Assembly: GCA_044225505.1 (NCBI GenBank)
Contig: JBGAIN010000003.1
Coordinates: forward strand, 1-64,000
Length of the DNA stretch: 64,000 nucleotides
Direction of reading: 5' to 3'
Origin: Limisphaerales bacterium
GTDB taxonomy: Bacteria; Verrucomicrobiota; Verrucomicrobiia; Limisphaerales; SIBE01
Part shown: piece after piece, positions 50,278-60,000 of the stretch
Numbering within the stretch: position 1 is the stretch's first letter
How the letters are laid out: each line of letters starts with the position of its first letter
The notes under the pieces: model-generated
Told to the model about the DNA's origin: nothing
What the model saw: the letters and a program-made list of their open reading frames with translations, nothing else
Databases searched by the model: none
Made by a program: the position numbers and the translations under genes

Positions 50278-52235
50278 TCTCAGGCTTCAACCGCTTAAAC
50301 TTATCCACGCGAATCGTATCCGTCACGGTCGCCATTCTCACGGTCGTTTTGATCGTCAACTACCTGGTATTTATCCGGGGCTACAAGTCTCGTGCCCAAG
50401 ACGCGATGGTGGAGAAGGCCAAAGCCTTCAGCGCCGTCGCCGATGAGGCCAAGAACCATGCGAGCCTTTTGCATCGGGTCGGAGCTTTCAACCAACAAGC
50501 GCTCAGCGACGAATTGACCGCAGATCTGGCCGCGGGCAAGCGCGCGGATGCCACTCGCTTTTTCAAGACCATCCCCGTTGTCGCCGGCTGGACAGCCGCC
50601 CAGGAAGCTGCCAAACGCGAGTCGATCACGTTCCGCATCACGTCCTTTGAATCGCGGAACAAAGAACATGAACCTGCCCCGGGCTCTTTCGATGAAAAGC
50701 TCCTACGCCAACTTACGGCCCAAGTGAGCGCAGGCCAGGGCGAAAGTATTCATGCCGTCGACAGTACGGATAATACGCTTCACTTCATGCGCGCCATTAA
50801 GCTCACCGAAAACTGCCTGAGCTGTCACGGCGTTCCAGGGTCGCAATGGGATCTTGCCAAAACCGGCAAGGATCTGACAGGCCACCCGATGGAAGGATGG
50901 CAAGCGGGCTACATGCACGGCAGCTATCATGTCGTCATGCCACTCGGGCCGGTAGACGCTCAGGTTCGTGCGTTCATTCTCAATGGATTGGCCTGGACGG
51001 TGCCGTTGGGCCTGGGCGCCCTGGCCGCGTTTATCTATTTGATGGGACGCATCATTCGCCGGCCCATCGGCGATCTCATCCACTGTACACAGGCGGTCGC
51101 TAAAGGCGATCTTACCCAGGACGCTCCTCCCGCCCTCCTGGCGCGGCACGATGAACTCGGCGAACTGGCGCGCGCCATGCAGACTATGGCCCAAAGCCTC
51201 CGCAGCCTCCTCCGGGACTTGTCCGGAGGCATTCGCACCATCGCGTCCTCATCGGGCGGTCTATCTCAGGTTTCGGATCAAATGAGCTCCGGCTCCAAGG
51301 AGACGGCTTCGAAGGCCAATACGGTTGCGGCCGCTGCCGAAGAAATGAGCGCCAATTCGGTCTCTGTGGCAGCTGGGATGGAGCAGGCGGCCACCAATTT
51401 GACCACCGTCGCCGGCGCGACCGAAGAAATGACGTCGACCATCTCCGAAATCGCGACCAATTCCGAGCGCGCACGAACGATCACGAGCGAAGCTATGGAA
51501 CAAGCCACTCGCGTTCGCGGACTGACGCAAAAGCTGAGCGAAGCGGCCCAGGCCATCGGCAAGGTCACAGAAACGATTACGACCATTTCAGACCAAACCA
51601 AGCTCCTGGCCCTGAACGCGACCATCGAGGCGGCGCGCGCCGGTGCGGCCGGAAAGGGATTTGCGGTAGTCGCTCATGAGATTAAAGAGCTTGCTCGCCA
51701 AACCGCAGAAGCCACCGAAGACATTAAATCCAAAGTCGGCGGCATTCAGACTTCCACCAGCAGTACGATGGAAGATTTGGAGAAGATTTCTCAAGTCATC
51801 GGGCAGGTGAGCGAAATTGTAAATACCATTGCCTCCGCGATCGAAGAGCAATCCGCGGTCACCAAAGACATCGCACGCAACGTCTCCGAAGCCGCAACCG
51901 GAGTGCAAGAAGCGAATCAACGCGTCGCGCAGATCTCTGTCGTCTCGCAATCGGTGGCCAAGGACGTGGCCACGGTCAATCAAGCCGCGGGAGAAATGGC
52001 CTCCGGAAGTGAAGAAGTCCTATCGAGCGCAGCCCAACTGTCGCAACTGGCAGGCGAACTGCAGCGCCTGGTGAACCAGTTTAGAACCGGGGACCCCGTC
52101 GGCGAAGAGAACACTCCGAGTCAGAGACGCGCGCCATCCTCGGGATCAGGGAACCACAACGGAAATGGCCAAACCAAGGCACGAGGCATGACCCCTATCT
52201 CCCGTCGGATTGCGGCTGAGTCAACGTCGTTATAA
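50274..52235 (+). CDS. Methyl-accepting chemotaxis protein with periplasmic c-type heme (DUF3365/Tll0287-like) sensor
   Basis: 2 TM segments; periplasmic [16 protein letters not shown] (CxxCH at 50814-50828) and GHPMEGW; HAMP; MCP signalling domain. Confidence 0.92.
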   Translation: MISGFNRLNLSTRIVSVTVAILTVVLIVNYLVFIRGYKSRAQDAMVEKAKAFSAVADEAKNHASLLHRVGAFNQQALSDELTADLAAGKRADATRFFKTIPVVAGWTAAQEAAKRESITFRITSFESRNKEHEPAPGSFDEKLLRQLTAQVSAGQGESIHAVDSTDNTLHFMRAIKLTENCLSCHGVPGSQWDLAKTGKDLTGHPMEGWQAGYMHGSYHVVMPLGPVDAQVRAFILNGLAWTVPLGLGALAAFIYLMGRIIRRPIGDLIHCTQAVAKGDLTQDAPPALLARHDELGELARAMQTMAQSLRSLLRDLSGGIRTIASSSGGLSQVSDQMSSGSKETASKANTVAAAAEEMSANSVSVAAGMEQAATNLTTVAGATEEMTSTISEIATNSERARTITSEAMEQATRVRGLTQKLSEAAQAIGKVTETITTISDQTKLLALNATIEAARAGAAGKGFAVVAHEIKELARQTAEATEDIKSKVGGIQTSTSSTMEDLEKISQVIGQVSEIVNTIASAIEEQSAVTKDIARNVSEAATGVQEANQRVAQISVVSQSVAKDVATVNQAAGEMASGSEEVLSSAAQLSQLAGELQRLVNQFRTGDPVGEENTPSQRRAPSSGSGNHNGNGQTKARGMTPISRRIAAESTSL

Positions 52236-52295
52236 CCCATCAGGGTCGTTCGTCGAATTGAGGCGCCGGGCCCTCGACCTAGGAAACAGTGGCAT

Positions 52296-52793
52296 ATGAT
52301 TACCACGTCGAATCAAACTCAACTCGGAGATGGGCTGTTGGTCTGCAGCTTCATTTTGGGCGGTGCCGTCTTCGGAATTGACGCACAGGAAGTCCAGGAG
52401 GTAGCGCGAGTCGGTGATATTGCTCCCGTGCACCAATCGGCACCCGAAGTCGTAGGGATCCGAAACTTGCGCGGCCGCATTGTTACCGTTCTGGATTTGC
52501 GGGTCTGCCTGAACTTAGGTCGAGTCGGCCCTTCGGCTGAAAACCGGATTCTCATCGTCAGCTGTCAGGGGGAGCCTGTCGGACTGCTCGTCGATAGCGT
52601 GGCGGATACGGTGGCCGTGGAACCGGGTGGCTTGGCACCGCCGCCGCCCAATCTTCACGGTTTACAGGGTCGGACGCTTCGTGGCGTTTGCCGCGGTGAG
52701 GACCGATTGGTGGCGTTGTTGGATCTGGAAACACTCTTTGGGTCGGATTCCCACGCGGTGCAGACCGCGGATGTCGAATTGCGAAATTCATGA
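52296..52793 (+). CDS. cheW: CheW adaptor
   Basis: FGIDAQEVQEV, GIRNLRGRIVTVLDL, VGLLVDSV. Confidence 0.93.
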   Translation: MITTSNQTQLGDGLLVCSFILGGAVFGIDAQEVQEVARVGDIAPVHQSAPEVVGIRNLRGRIVTVLDLRVCLNLGRVGPSAENRILIVSCQGEPVGLLVDSVADTVAVEPGGLAPPPPNLHGLQGRTLRGVCRGEDRLVALLDLETLFGSDSHAVQTADVELRNS

Positions 52794-53920
52794 AGCTGAG
52801 AGTCCTGGTCGCCGACGATTCAGTGCTCTACCGGCGCGTGCTGGCGGATGTGCTCAGCACGTTGCCCGGCGTCGAAGTCGTCGGCACGGTTGGAAACGGC
52901 AAACTCACGCTCGAGCGGGTGCGAGAATTAAAGCCCGATTTGCTCACTCTCGACATGGAAATGCCCGAGATGGATGGATGGACCGTCTTGGAGAACCTAC
53001 AGAAGGAGCAATCCCCACCGGCCGTCCTTGTGGTCAGTGGCCTGACACGGCGAGGCAGCCAGCTGACCGTGAGAGCTCTGGAAAGGGGTGCGTTTGACTT
53101 CATCACCAAGCCGGAGACAACCAACGCAGACCTCAGTCGCGAAGGCATTCGCCGGGAACTCTCGCCGCGAGTCTGGGCGCTCGCTCAGCGCCTGGAAGTG
53201 CGAGGCATTCTGACCCGTAAAACCGGGTTGACACCAGGCAAGGCCCATGTAGAAGCGAAGCTCGACGACCGCGGACGCAACGGGAACGGAAAGTCAGAAA
53301 AGGTGGCTATTCCGAACCGCTTCACCGCGTCGGTTAAACCTGAGTTCGTCCTGCTGGGCGTCTCTACCGGCGGCCCGAACGCTCTGGCCCGCGTCCTACC
53401 GGCGTTGCCCGCCAATCTGGGGGTTCCCATCCTAATCGTGCAGCACATGCCGCCTATCTTTACCCAAACCCTGGCGGAGAGCCTGGCAGCCAAGTCCTCC
53501 ATTCGGGTGCGCGAAGCAGTGCACAACGAATCTGTTGAGCCGAACACCGCTTATATCGCCCCGGGCGGCAAACAAATGCGCTTAGCTCCCGTGCTCGGCG
53601 CCCGGCCCGTGTTGCAGATCACGGATGATCCTCCCGAGAACAACTGTCGCCCAGCGGTCGATTACCTGTTTCGGTCCGCCGCGAATCATTTTCCCGGCCG
53701 GTCGATGGCTGTCATTCTCACCGGGATGGGCAGCGACGGCACCTTGGGGTTGCGCTTGCTTAAACGGCATGGCTGTACCGTGATTGCGCAGGACGAATCC
53801 AGCTGTGTCGTTTATGGGATGCCCAAGGCCGCGGTCGACGCGGGTGTGACCGACGCTGTACTGCCATTGGACGCCATCGCACGGAGCATCAGCCAAGTGG
53901 TGCGAACCGGCAGCTTATGA
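52790..53920 (+). CDS. cheB: Chemotaxis response-regulator methylesterase CheB
   Basis: REC VADDS..TLDMEMP; esterase GVSTGG, QHMP, RPAVD, ILTGMGSDG. Confidence 0.96.
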   Translation: MKLRVLVADDSVLYRRVLADVLSTLPGVEVVGTVGNGKLTLERVRELKPDLLTLDMEMPEMDGWTVLENLQKEQSPPAVLVVSGLTRRGSQLTVRALERGAFDFITKPETTNADLSREGIRRELSPRVWALAQRLEVRGILTRKTGLTPGKAHVEAKLDDRGRNGNGKSEKVAIPNRFTASVKPEFVLLGVSTGGPNALARVLPALPANLGVPILIVQHMPPIFTQTLAESLAAKSSIRVREAVHNESVEPNTAYIAPGGKQMRLAPVLGARPVLQITDDPPENNCRPAVDYLFRSAANHFPGRSMAVILTGMGSDGTLGLRLLKRHGCTVIAQDESSCVVYGMPKAAVDAGVTDAVLPLDAIARSISQVVRTGSL

Positions 53921-54765
53921 GCGCAGCTGTTCTAACCCGTGATGAGCTGACCGTCTGGTCGCGTTACGTCCACGAGATCTGCGGTATCTTCCTCGACGAT
54001 TCCAAGGGTTACCTTCTCGAGACCCGGTTAAGCGGCTTGTTGCGGGAGACAGCAGCGCGTGGTTTCACGGAGCTTTACCAGAAGGCCAAGGCCGACGGAA
54101 CCCAAACGCTCCGCCGCAAAATCGTGGACGCCATTACCACGAACGAGACGTCGTTCTTTCGCGATTCGACTCCATTTGACCTGCTACGGCATAAGTTGAT
54201 TCCCGAACTGATCGATCGACGGCGGATCGCAGGGACGAAGCCGATTCCGATCCGCATTTGGAGTGCCGCCTGTTCCACAGGACAAGAGGCTTACAGCATC
54301 GGTATCGTTCTCAAAGAATTGCTGGGGGACCTGCGGGCTTATGATATCCGGATTGTCGGGACTGATATCTCAGACCGCGCGGTAGCCCAAGCGAGTTACG
54401 CCTACTTCAGCCGCTTAGAATTGGACCGCGGCATGTCTGCCGACAAGATCACTCGCCACTTCACCGCCGCGGGCGATCGCTGGAAAGTCCGCGATGAAAT
54501 CCGCGCCATGGCCAGTTTTCGCGTGGCCAACCTGTTGCAGCCATTATCATTTCCAGCTCCCTTCGATATCGTCTTTTGCCGGAACGTCGCGATCTACTTT
54601 ACAGAACCGGATAAGGCTCAACTTTTCCGCAATATTGGCAAACACCTTGCCAAAGACGGGACTTTGATTATTGGCTCCACAGAGTCGATCGGAGGGGTAT
54701 GTCCGGAGTTTGAACCCCATCGTCACATGCGTGGGGTGTTCTATCGTCTGAGGAAGTCCCCATGA
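53917..54765 (+). CDS. cheR: Chemotaxis methyltransferase CheR
   Basis: ITTNETSFFRD, IWSAACSTGQEAYS, GTDIS, FDIVFCRNV. Confidence 0.96.
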   Translation: MSAAVLTRDELTVWSRYVHEICGIFLDDSKGYLLETRLSGLLRETAARGFTELYQKAKADGTQTLRRKIVDAITTNETSFFRDSTPFDLLRHKLIPELIDRRRIAGTKPIPIRIWSAACSTGQEAYSIGIVLKELLGDLRAYDIRIVGTDISDRAVAQASYAYFSRLELDRGMSADKITRHFTAAGDRWKVRDEIRAMASFRVANLLQPLSFPAPFDIVFCRNVAIYFTEPDKAQLFRNIGKHLAKDGTLIIGSTESIGGVCPEFEPHRHMRGVFYRLRKSP

Positions 54766-55688
54766 GCAAACTCGCGTCTGCCAGGCATGAATTGCGAACC
54801 CCGCTAAATGCAATTCTTGGTTCAACCCAACTCTTACTCACCGGCGAGCCGCTGCCCGCAACCGCCCGCTGCCAAGTGGATACCATTCACCAATCAGCCG
54901 AGCGCCTTCTCGCGCTGATTGACGACGTCCTGCACGTGTCAGGTGCGGAAGAGTGCGCTCCTCCGGTCAGTCCAGAACGGATCGTCCTGGCCGACGCTAT
55001 CGACGAAGCCGTTGGCGTCATTCGCTCGCAAGCGAAAGCCCAGCAACTGTATTTCCAATGCACTCAAGCGAGTGATTTGCCGGAAAACATCTCCGTTGAT
55101 CCACGCTGCCTACAGCAAGTTCTCGCCAACCTAATCGGGCATGCGATCCAAAGGACCTCGGTCGGGTCCGTCTGCCTCGATGTTAGCCGCAATGGCAGTT
55201 GCGCACGCTTTCTCATCATTGATACCGGAAGTGATCTTTCGCCCGAAGTGCTTGCGATGCTCCTTCAGCCATCCCTTGAACTCGAACCAAAGCACGCCTC
55301 CCTCAGGAGTTCGGAATTTGGTCTTTTGGCCGCGAAGAACATGCTGGAGAGAATGGGAATCGCATTCCAATTCGAGCGCGACGAGGGAGAAGGGTTCACG
55401 TGTTGGTTCGATTTACCGCTGCCATCCGATATCGGCTCATTCCCGCACTCTCTCAATGCCAGCCCAAACGGCGAAGCAGACGCAACGTCCGCAAACGCCG
55501 TCTCCGGCTCCGTCCTGGCTCAACTCAAAGAACTGGCTTCACGGGGCGATATTCTGGGCTTGCGCACGCTCCTGGAGAGCCTTCGCGCAGCCGCCCAGGC
55601 GGATCGCGATGATACCGTCGAGCACCTCCTCAAGCTGACGGTGGAATGCAAAATCCGCGCCGTTCGAGAACAACTGAATGCCCTATGA
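54762..55688 (+). CDS. Sensor-less histidine-kinase-like protein with intact H-box and degenerate ATP-binding domain
   Basis: HELRTPLNAILG at residue 9. N-box reads NLIGHAIQRT, G1 reads DTGSDL, G2 reads SSEFGL. Confidence 0.8.
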   Translation: MSKLASARHELRTPLNAILGSTQLLLTGEPLPATARCQVDTIHQSAERLLALIDDVLHVSGAEECAPPVSPERIVLADAIDEAVGVIRSQAKAQQLYFQCTQASDLPENISVDPRCLQQVLANLIGHAIQRTSVGSVCLDVSRNGSCARFLIIDTGSDLSPEVLAMLLQPSLELEPKHASLRSSEFGLLAAKNMLERMGIAFQFERDEGEGFTCWFDLPLPSDIGSFPHSLNASPNGEADATSANAVSGSVLAQLKELASRGDILGLRTLLESLRAAAQADRDDTVEHLLKLTVECKIRAVREQLNAL

Positions 55689-56821
55689 AAGAGAAGATTC
55701 TCATTGTCGACGACACGCCTGCGAATTTGCAGGTCCTGGTCGGCTTCCTTTCCGGATGCGGCTACCAACTGATGATCGCGGATGACGGTCTGGCGGCGCT
55801 CGAACAACTCTCCCACACGCCCGTCGATCTCATTCTCCTTGACGTGGCCATGCCCGAAATGGACGGATTCGAAACCTGCCGACGGATCAAGCAACTCTCG
55901 AACTCGAAGAATACGCCCGTTCTCTTTCTCACAGCCCGCTCCGAAATCTCCGAGAAGTTGAAGGGGTTTGCCTCGGGAGGAGTTGATTACATTACAAAGC
56001 CCATCCAGAAAGACGAGGTCATCGCGCGCATTCAGGCCCACCTGACGATCGTGCGCCAAGGTCGCCAACTGGAGGAACTTCTCGAACAACGCCAGCGCTT
56101 CATGCGCATCGCAGCGCATGATCTCCGCAACCTCCTGGCTGTCATCGTTGGATTTGCCCAAGTCGGGAAAGAGTGGGACAACCCGGAAACCAAACGGCTG
56201 GCGTTCGACCGGATAGGGACGGCTTGCGAGAACATGCAGGCCATTATCGAGGGATTCTTAAGCTTGCCCAACGCGCGATCCGAGAGTGAACCGCATCAAG
56301 TGTTCGAGTTGCGAGAACTCATTGAGCAAGTCATCGATCAGTCCGCCTTCGGAGCCCAGTGCAAACACATCGCCCTAACCCGTCGCCTGCCAGAGGGTTC
56401 TCTAGCCGCATTCGGCAATCTCGCACACACCCATCAAATCCTCACCAACTACGTCACGAACGCCATTAAATACAGCCCTCGCAATACGCACACCCTGCTT
56501 TCGACGTTCCGGCGGGGTGAGTTCTGGCGAGTCGAAGTCCAAGACCAGGGTCCAGGTGTCCTCCCGGAAGAACGAGAAAACCTTTTTGTTGAATTCGGAT
56601 CGGTCTCAAATAAACCAACAGGCGGTGAATCCAGCACGGGCGTTGGCCTTTCGATCGTAAAATCTCTCGCCGAACGGCAGGGCGGAACTGTCGGAGCCGA
56701 ATTTCCCCCCGACGGAGGCTCGATCTTCTGGTTTGAGATTCCGGCCGCGAACGGCGTGACGGGACGGGTTCCCGCTGTCCAGGCCCTGGCAGCGCCTTCA
56801 CCTCAGTCTCGCTCGGTCTAA
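55685..56821 (+). CDS. Hybrid REC-histidine kinase (cytoplasmic)
   Basis: IVDD..LILLDVAMP..DYITKP; AAHDLRN; TNAIKYS; DQGPGV; STGVGLSIV. ATGA overlap at 55685. Confidence 0.93.
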   Translation: MKEKILIVDDTPANLQVLVGFLSGCGYQLMIADDGLAALEQLSHTPVDLILLDVAMPEMDGFETCRRIKQLSNSKNTPVLFLTARSEISEKLKGFASGGVDYITKPIQKDEVIARIQAHLTIVRQGRQLEELLEQRQRFMRIAAHDLRNLLAVIVGFAQVGKEWDNPETKRLAFDRIGTACENMQAIIEGFLSLPNARSESEPHQVFELRELIEQVIDQSAFGAQCKHIALTRRLPEGSLAAFGNLAHTHQILTNYVTNAIKYSPRNTHTLLSTFRRGEFWRVEVQDQGPGVLPEERENLFVEFGSVSNKPTGGESSTGVGLSIVKSLAERQGGTVGAEFPPDGGSIFWFEIPAANGVTGRVPAVQALAAPSPQSRSV

Positions 56822-57051
56822 TTCACCTGCATACGAAAGGTATGACACTGCCCCGCGATGGCCTACGAGCTCGAAAGAGGGAACCTGACGAGAGCCGCTT
56901 TTCATCTCACTCGGTCAGGGAAACATCGCTTGCCTTTTCGATCATTCTTAGCTCGCTAGCCACCCCAAGGCTCATCGCGCTTATGTTCAAACCTCGAAGA
57001 CCCGTTTCCGCGCGGAGTGGGGCCTGAGGCGTTGTGCTCCGGAGACCTCCC

Positions 57052-60000
57052 ATGGCGATCCCCAGTAACGCTCCTTCCAAGGATAACCTCACGAGCGTGC
57101 CTAGCTGGAACTGGGCTCGGCAGCCAGGCCCCTGGATTTACCTCTTGTCCCTTCTGCTCCTCGGAGGCGGAAGCTGGGCCGTTTGGCAACGTGGCTTGGA
57201 AATCGATAGCCACATGCGCAATCAGTTACTCTCTCAAGCATCGGGCATTGCGCAGACCATTGACTCTGACCGTATCAAGACTCTGTCGTTCTCCCTTGCT
57301 GACAAAACCAATGGAGCGTTCCTCGAAATTCGGCAGCAGATGATTGCCTATGGCAAAGCCATGGGCTTGCGCAGCATCTACAGTCAGGGGTTGCGAAACG
57401 AATCGATTGTCTTCGGTCCAGAAAACCTCAGCGAACAAAGCACGCAGGCATCGCCTCCGGGCACGATCTACCGTCACCCTAGCAAGCAGAACGTCGCCGT
57501 TTTCCGCAATGGCCAACCTTTTACCCAAGGCCCGTTCCACGACGAGTACGGAAACTTCGTCAGCGCGTTTGTGCCCATCCGCGACAGCAGGACGGGCCAA
57601 GTGTTGATGGTCGTCGGTTTGGACAAGGATGCGAAAGACTGGTACCAACAAATCTGGCGCTCCTCGATCGTCCCAACGATTTTTGTCATCGGGCTCTCTC
57701 TCATTCCCGTCCTCGGACGCTCCCTCCTTGGGTGGCGCAACCGCCAGCAAGAGCATGCACCGGCTTGTTTGAACCATGCGGAGACACTGATTACTGGAAC
57801 TTTCGGCCTCATGCTCACGTTGGCCGCAGCGTTTTGGCTCGGTGATCGAGAAGAACGCGGACACAAGAGTATTTTCCACCATATCGCTGACGGCCAAGCT
57901 ACAACCGTTCGCGAAGCAGTCCGCTCCTTGCGTGATTCCTTGCGGATTGGGTTTGAACACGATTTCGGCGTCGAGCCCGATCATGGTCGCGAGCGCTTCC
58001 ATCGCGACGCCGGCCCGTTAATCCGACGCGCCATTCTTACAACTCTGGCATGGGCTCCCGCTGTCCCAGCCGCGGAAAGGATTCGGTTTGAGACCGACCT
58101 CCGGCAAGCTGGAATGACGAATTGGGAAATGTTCGAACGGGACTGGCGCGGGCAGAAAGCGCCGGTCAAAGACCGTCCAATCTACTATCCCACGTTGTTC
58201 GAAGAGCCAGTCGTAGAAAACAGCAGCATCATTGGCAGCGACATGGCAGGCGATCCCTTTCGTTACGCGGCTCTCGAAGAAGCCGCTCGCACCGGACTGC
58301 CAGCAGCGACAGACCCGTTCACACGACAAAATGGAACCGAAAGAACTCGTACTCTCGTTATTGTCTCTCCGCTCTATCGCACAATCCCGTCGTCGGCAAC
58401 CACCCCCCTTCCCGAAGCGCCGACCCGGTTGCCAGCAGGTGTCGTGGCGGCCGAACTCCGTTGTGAAAAGTTCCTCAACGAATTGGTGCCAGCACCGACC
58501 ACCGGCGAGCGGATGCTAAGCGCGCGCTTGTTTCAGCTCGGAACGAGCGAACCGCCCGCATGGCTGGCCTCATGTCCTTCCACCCAGGCTGCCCCGCTCC
58601 GCGCGGCTTCGAACGCTCTGCATGACGGTGCCCATCGATTGGAAGTAGTGCGCCCTATTTTCGCCTTCGGAAAAACCTACGCCCTGGTGATGGAGCCTGG
58701 GCCAGCCTTCCTGGCGGCTCATCCTGCACTTGTCCGTTGGCTATCCGTGACCCTCGGTCTGCCCCTAACAGCAGTCGCTACGGCCGTCGTCCACCTTATT
58801 CGGCGTCGCCAGAAATGGCTGGAATCGGAAGTTCGCGTGCGAACCGAGAAGCTGCGCACGAGCGAGGAATCGTATCGGCGGCAATTCGCCGACAACCAGG
58901 CGGTAATGTTGTTAGTCGATCCACAAACTGGGCGGATTGTCGATGCCAACTCGGCAGCGGCCAAGTTCTACGGGTATACGCGCGACCAACTCCAGACCAT
59001 GTGCATTGCGGAGATCAACGAACTGCCCGAACCGGATGTTCTCCGCGCCTTAGATTCTGTGGTCAAGCAGAGCAACGCCCATTTCGAATTTCAGCATCGC
59101 CTGGCCGATCGGTCCACCCGCAATGTCGAGGTTCACTCCAGCGTCATCAGGATCGAAGGACGTCCCCTCATACACTCCATTGTTCACGATATCACCGAAC
59201 GCAAAGCGGCGGAGAAAGCTTTGGCTACAAGCCAGCGACAGTTGGCCACGGCCATGAGCTTAGCCCGCCTGGCCAATTGGGAGTTCGATGTTACCACGGG
59301 AATGTTCACTTTCAGCGCTTCCTTTTATGCGATCTACGGATCAACCGTAGAAGCGGAGGGAGGGTTGCAGATGTCGGCCGAGGATTATTGCAAACGCTTT
59401 CTTTTCCCAGAAGATCGAACGGTCGTCAGCGAAGGGGTCCGGCGGGCGCTTGAAACGGACGATCCGGCATTTACCTGGCAGATTGAGCATCCCATTCTTC
59501 GTCGAGACGGTGAGATTCGCCAGGTTCTCGTCAAACTGGGCATTACCAAGGATGCATCCGGTCGCACCGTGCAACTCCACGGGGCGAATCAAGACATCAC
59601 TCAGCACAAACGCCTCGAAGCGACCTTGCAGGCGCGCCAAGCCAAACTCGACAGCATCTTGCGGACGGCCCCAGTGGCCATCGGCGTCGCTGTGAACCGG
59701 GTTCTCACCGAGGTCAATCCGGCCATGTGCGCCTTGACTGGCTATGCCCCACTCGAATTAATCGGCCAACCCACCCGCCTCCTCTACGCGAGCGACGTTG
59801 ATTTTCAACGTGTCGCATCCGAGGGTTATAGCACGCTGGGAGAAAACAGCAGCTTTGCGCTCGAAACGCGCTGGAAGTCCAAGTCGGGAGAGATCATAGA
59901 GCTACTCCTGAGCGCATCTCCGATCAGTGCCAACGATCCGTCTCAGGGAATAACCTTTGTGGGACTGGACATCACCGAGCGGAAGCGCTCCGAATTGGCA

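Noticed and set aside
56865..56900. CTCGAAA ... CTGACGAGAG resembles a type II hammerhead ribozyme core
   Set aside because: Only 8 nt lie between GAAA and CTGA, too short to form stems III and I.
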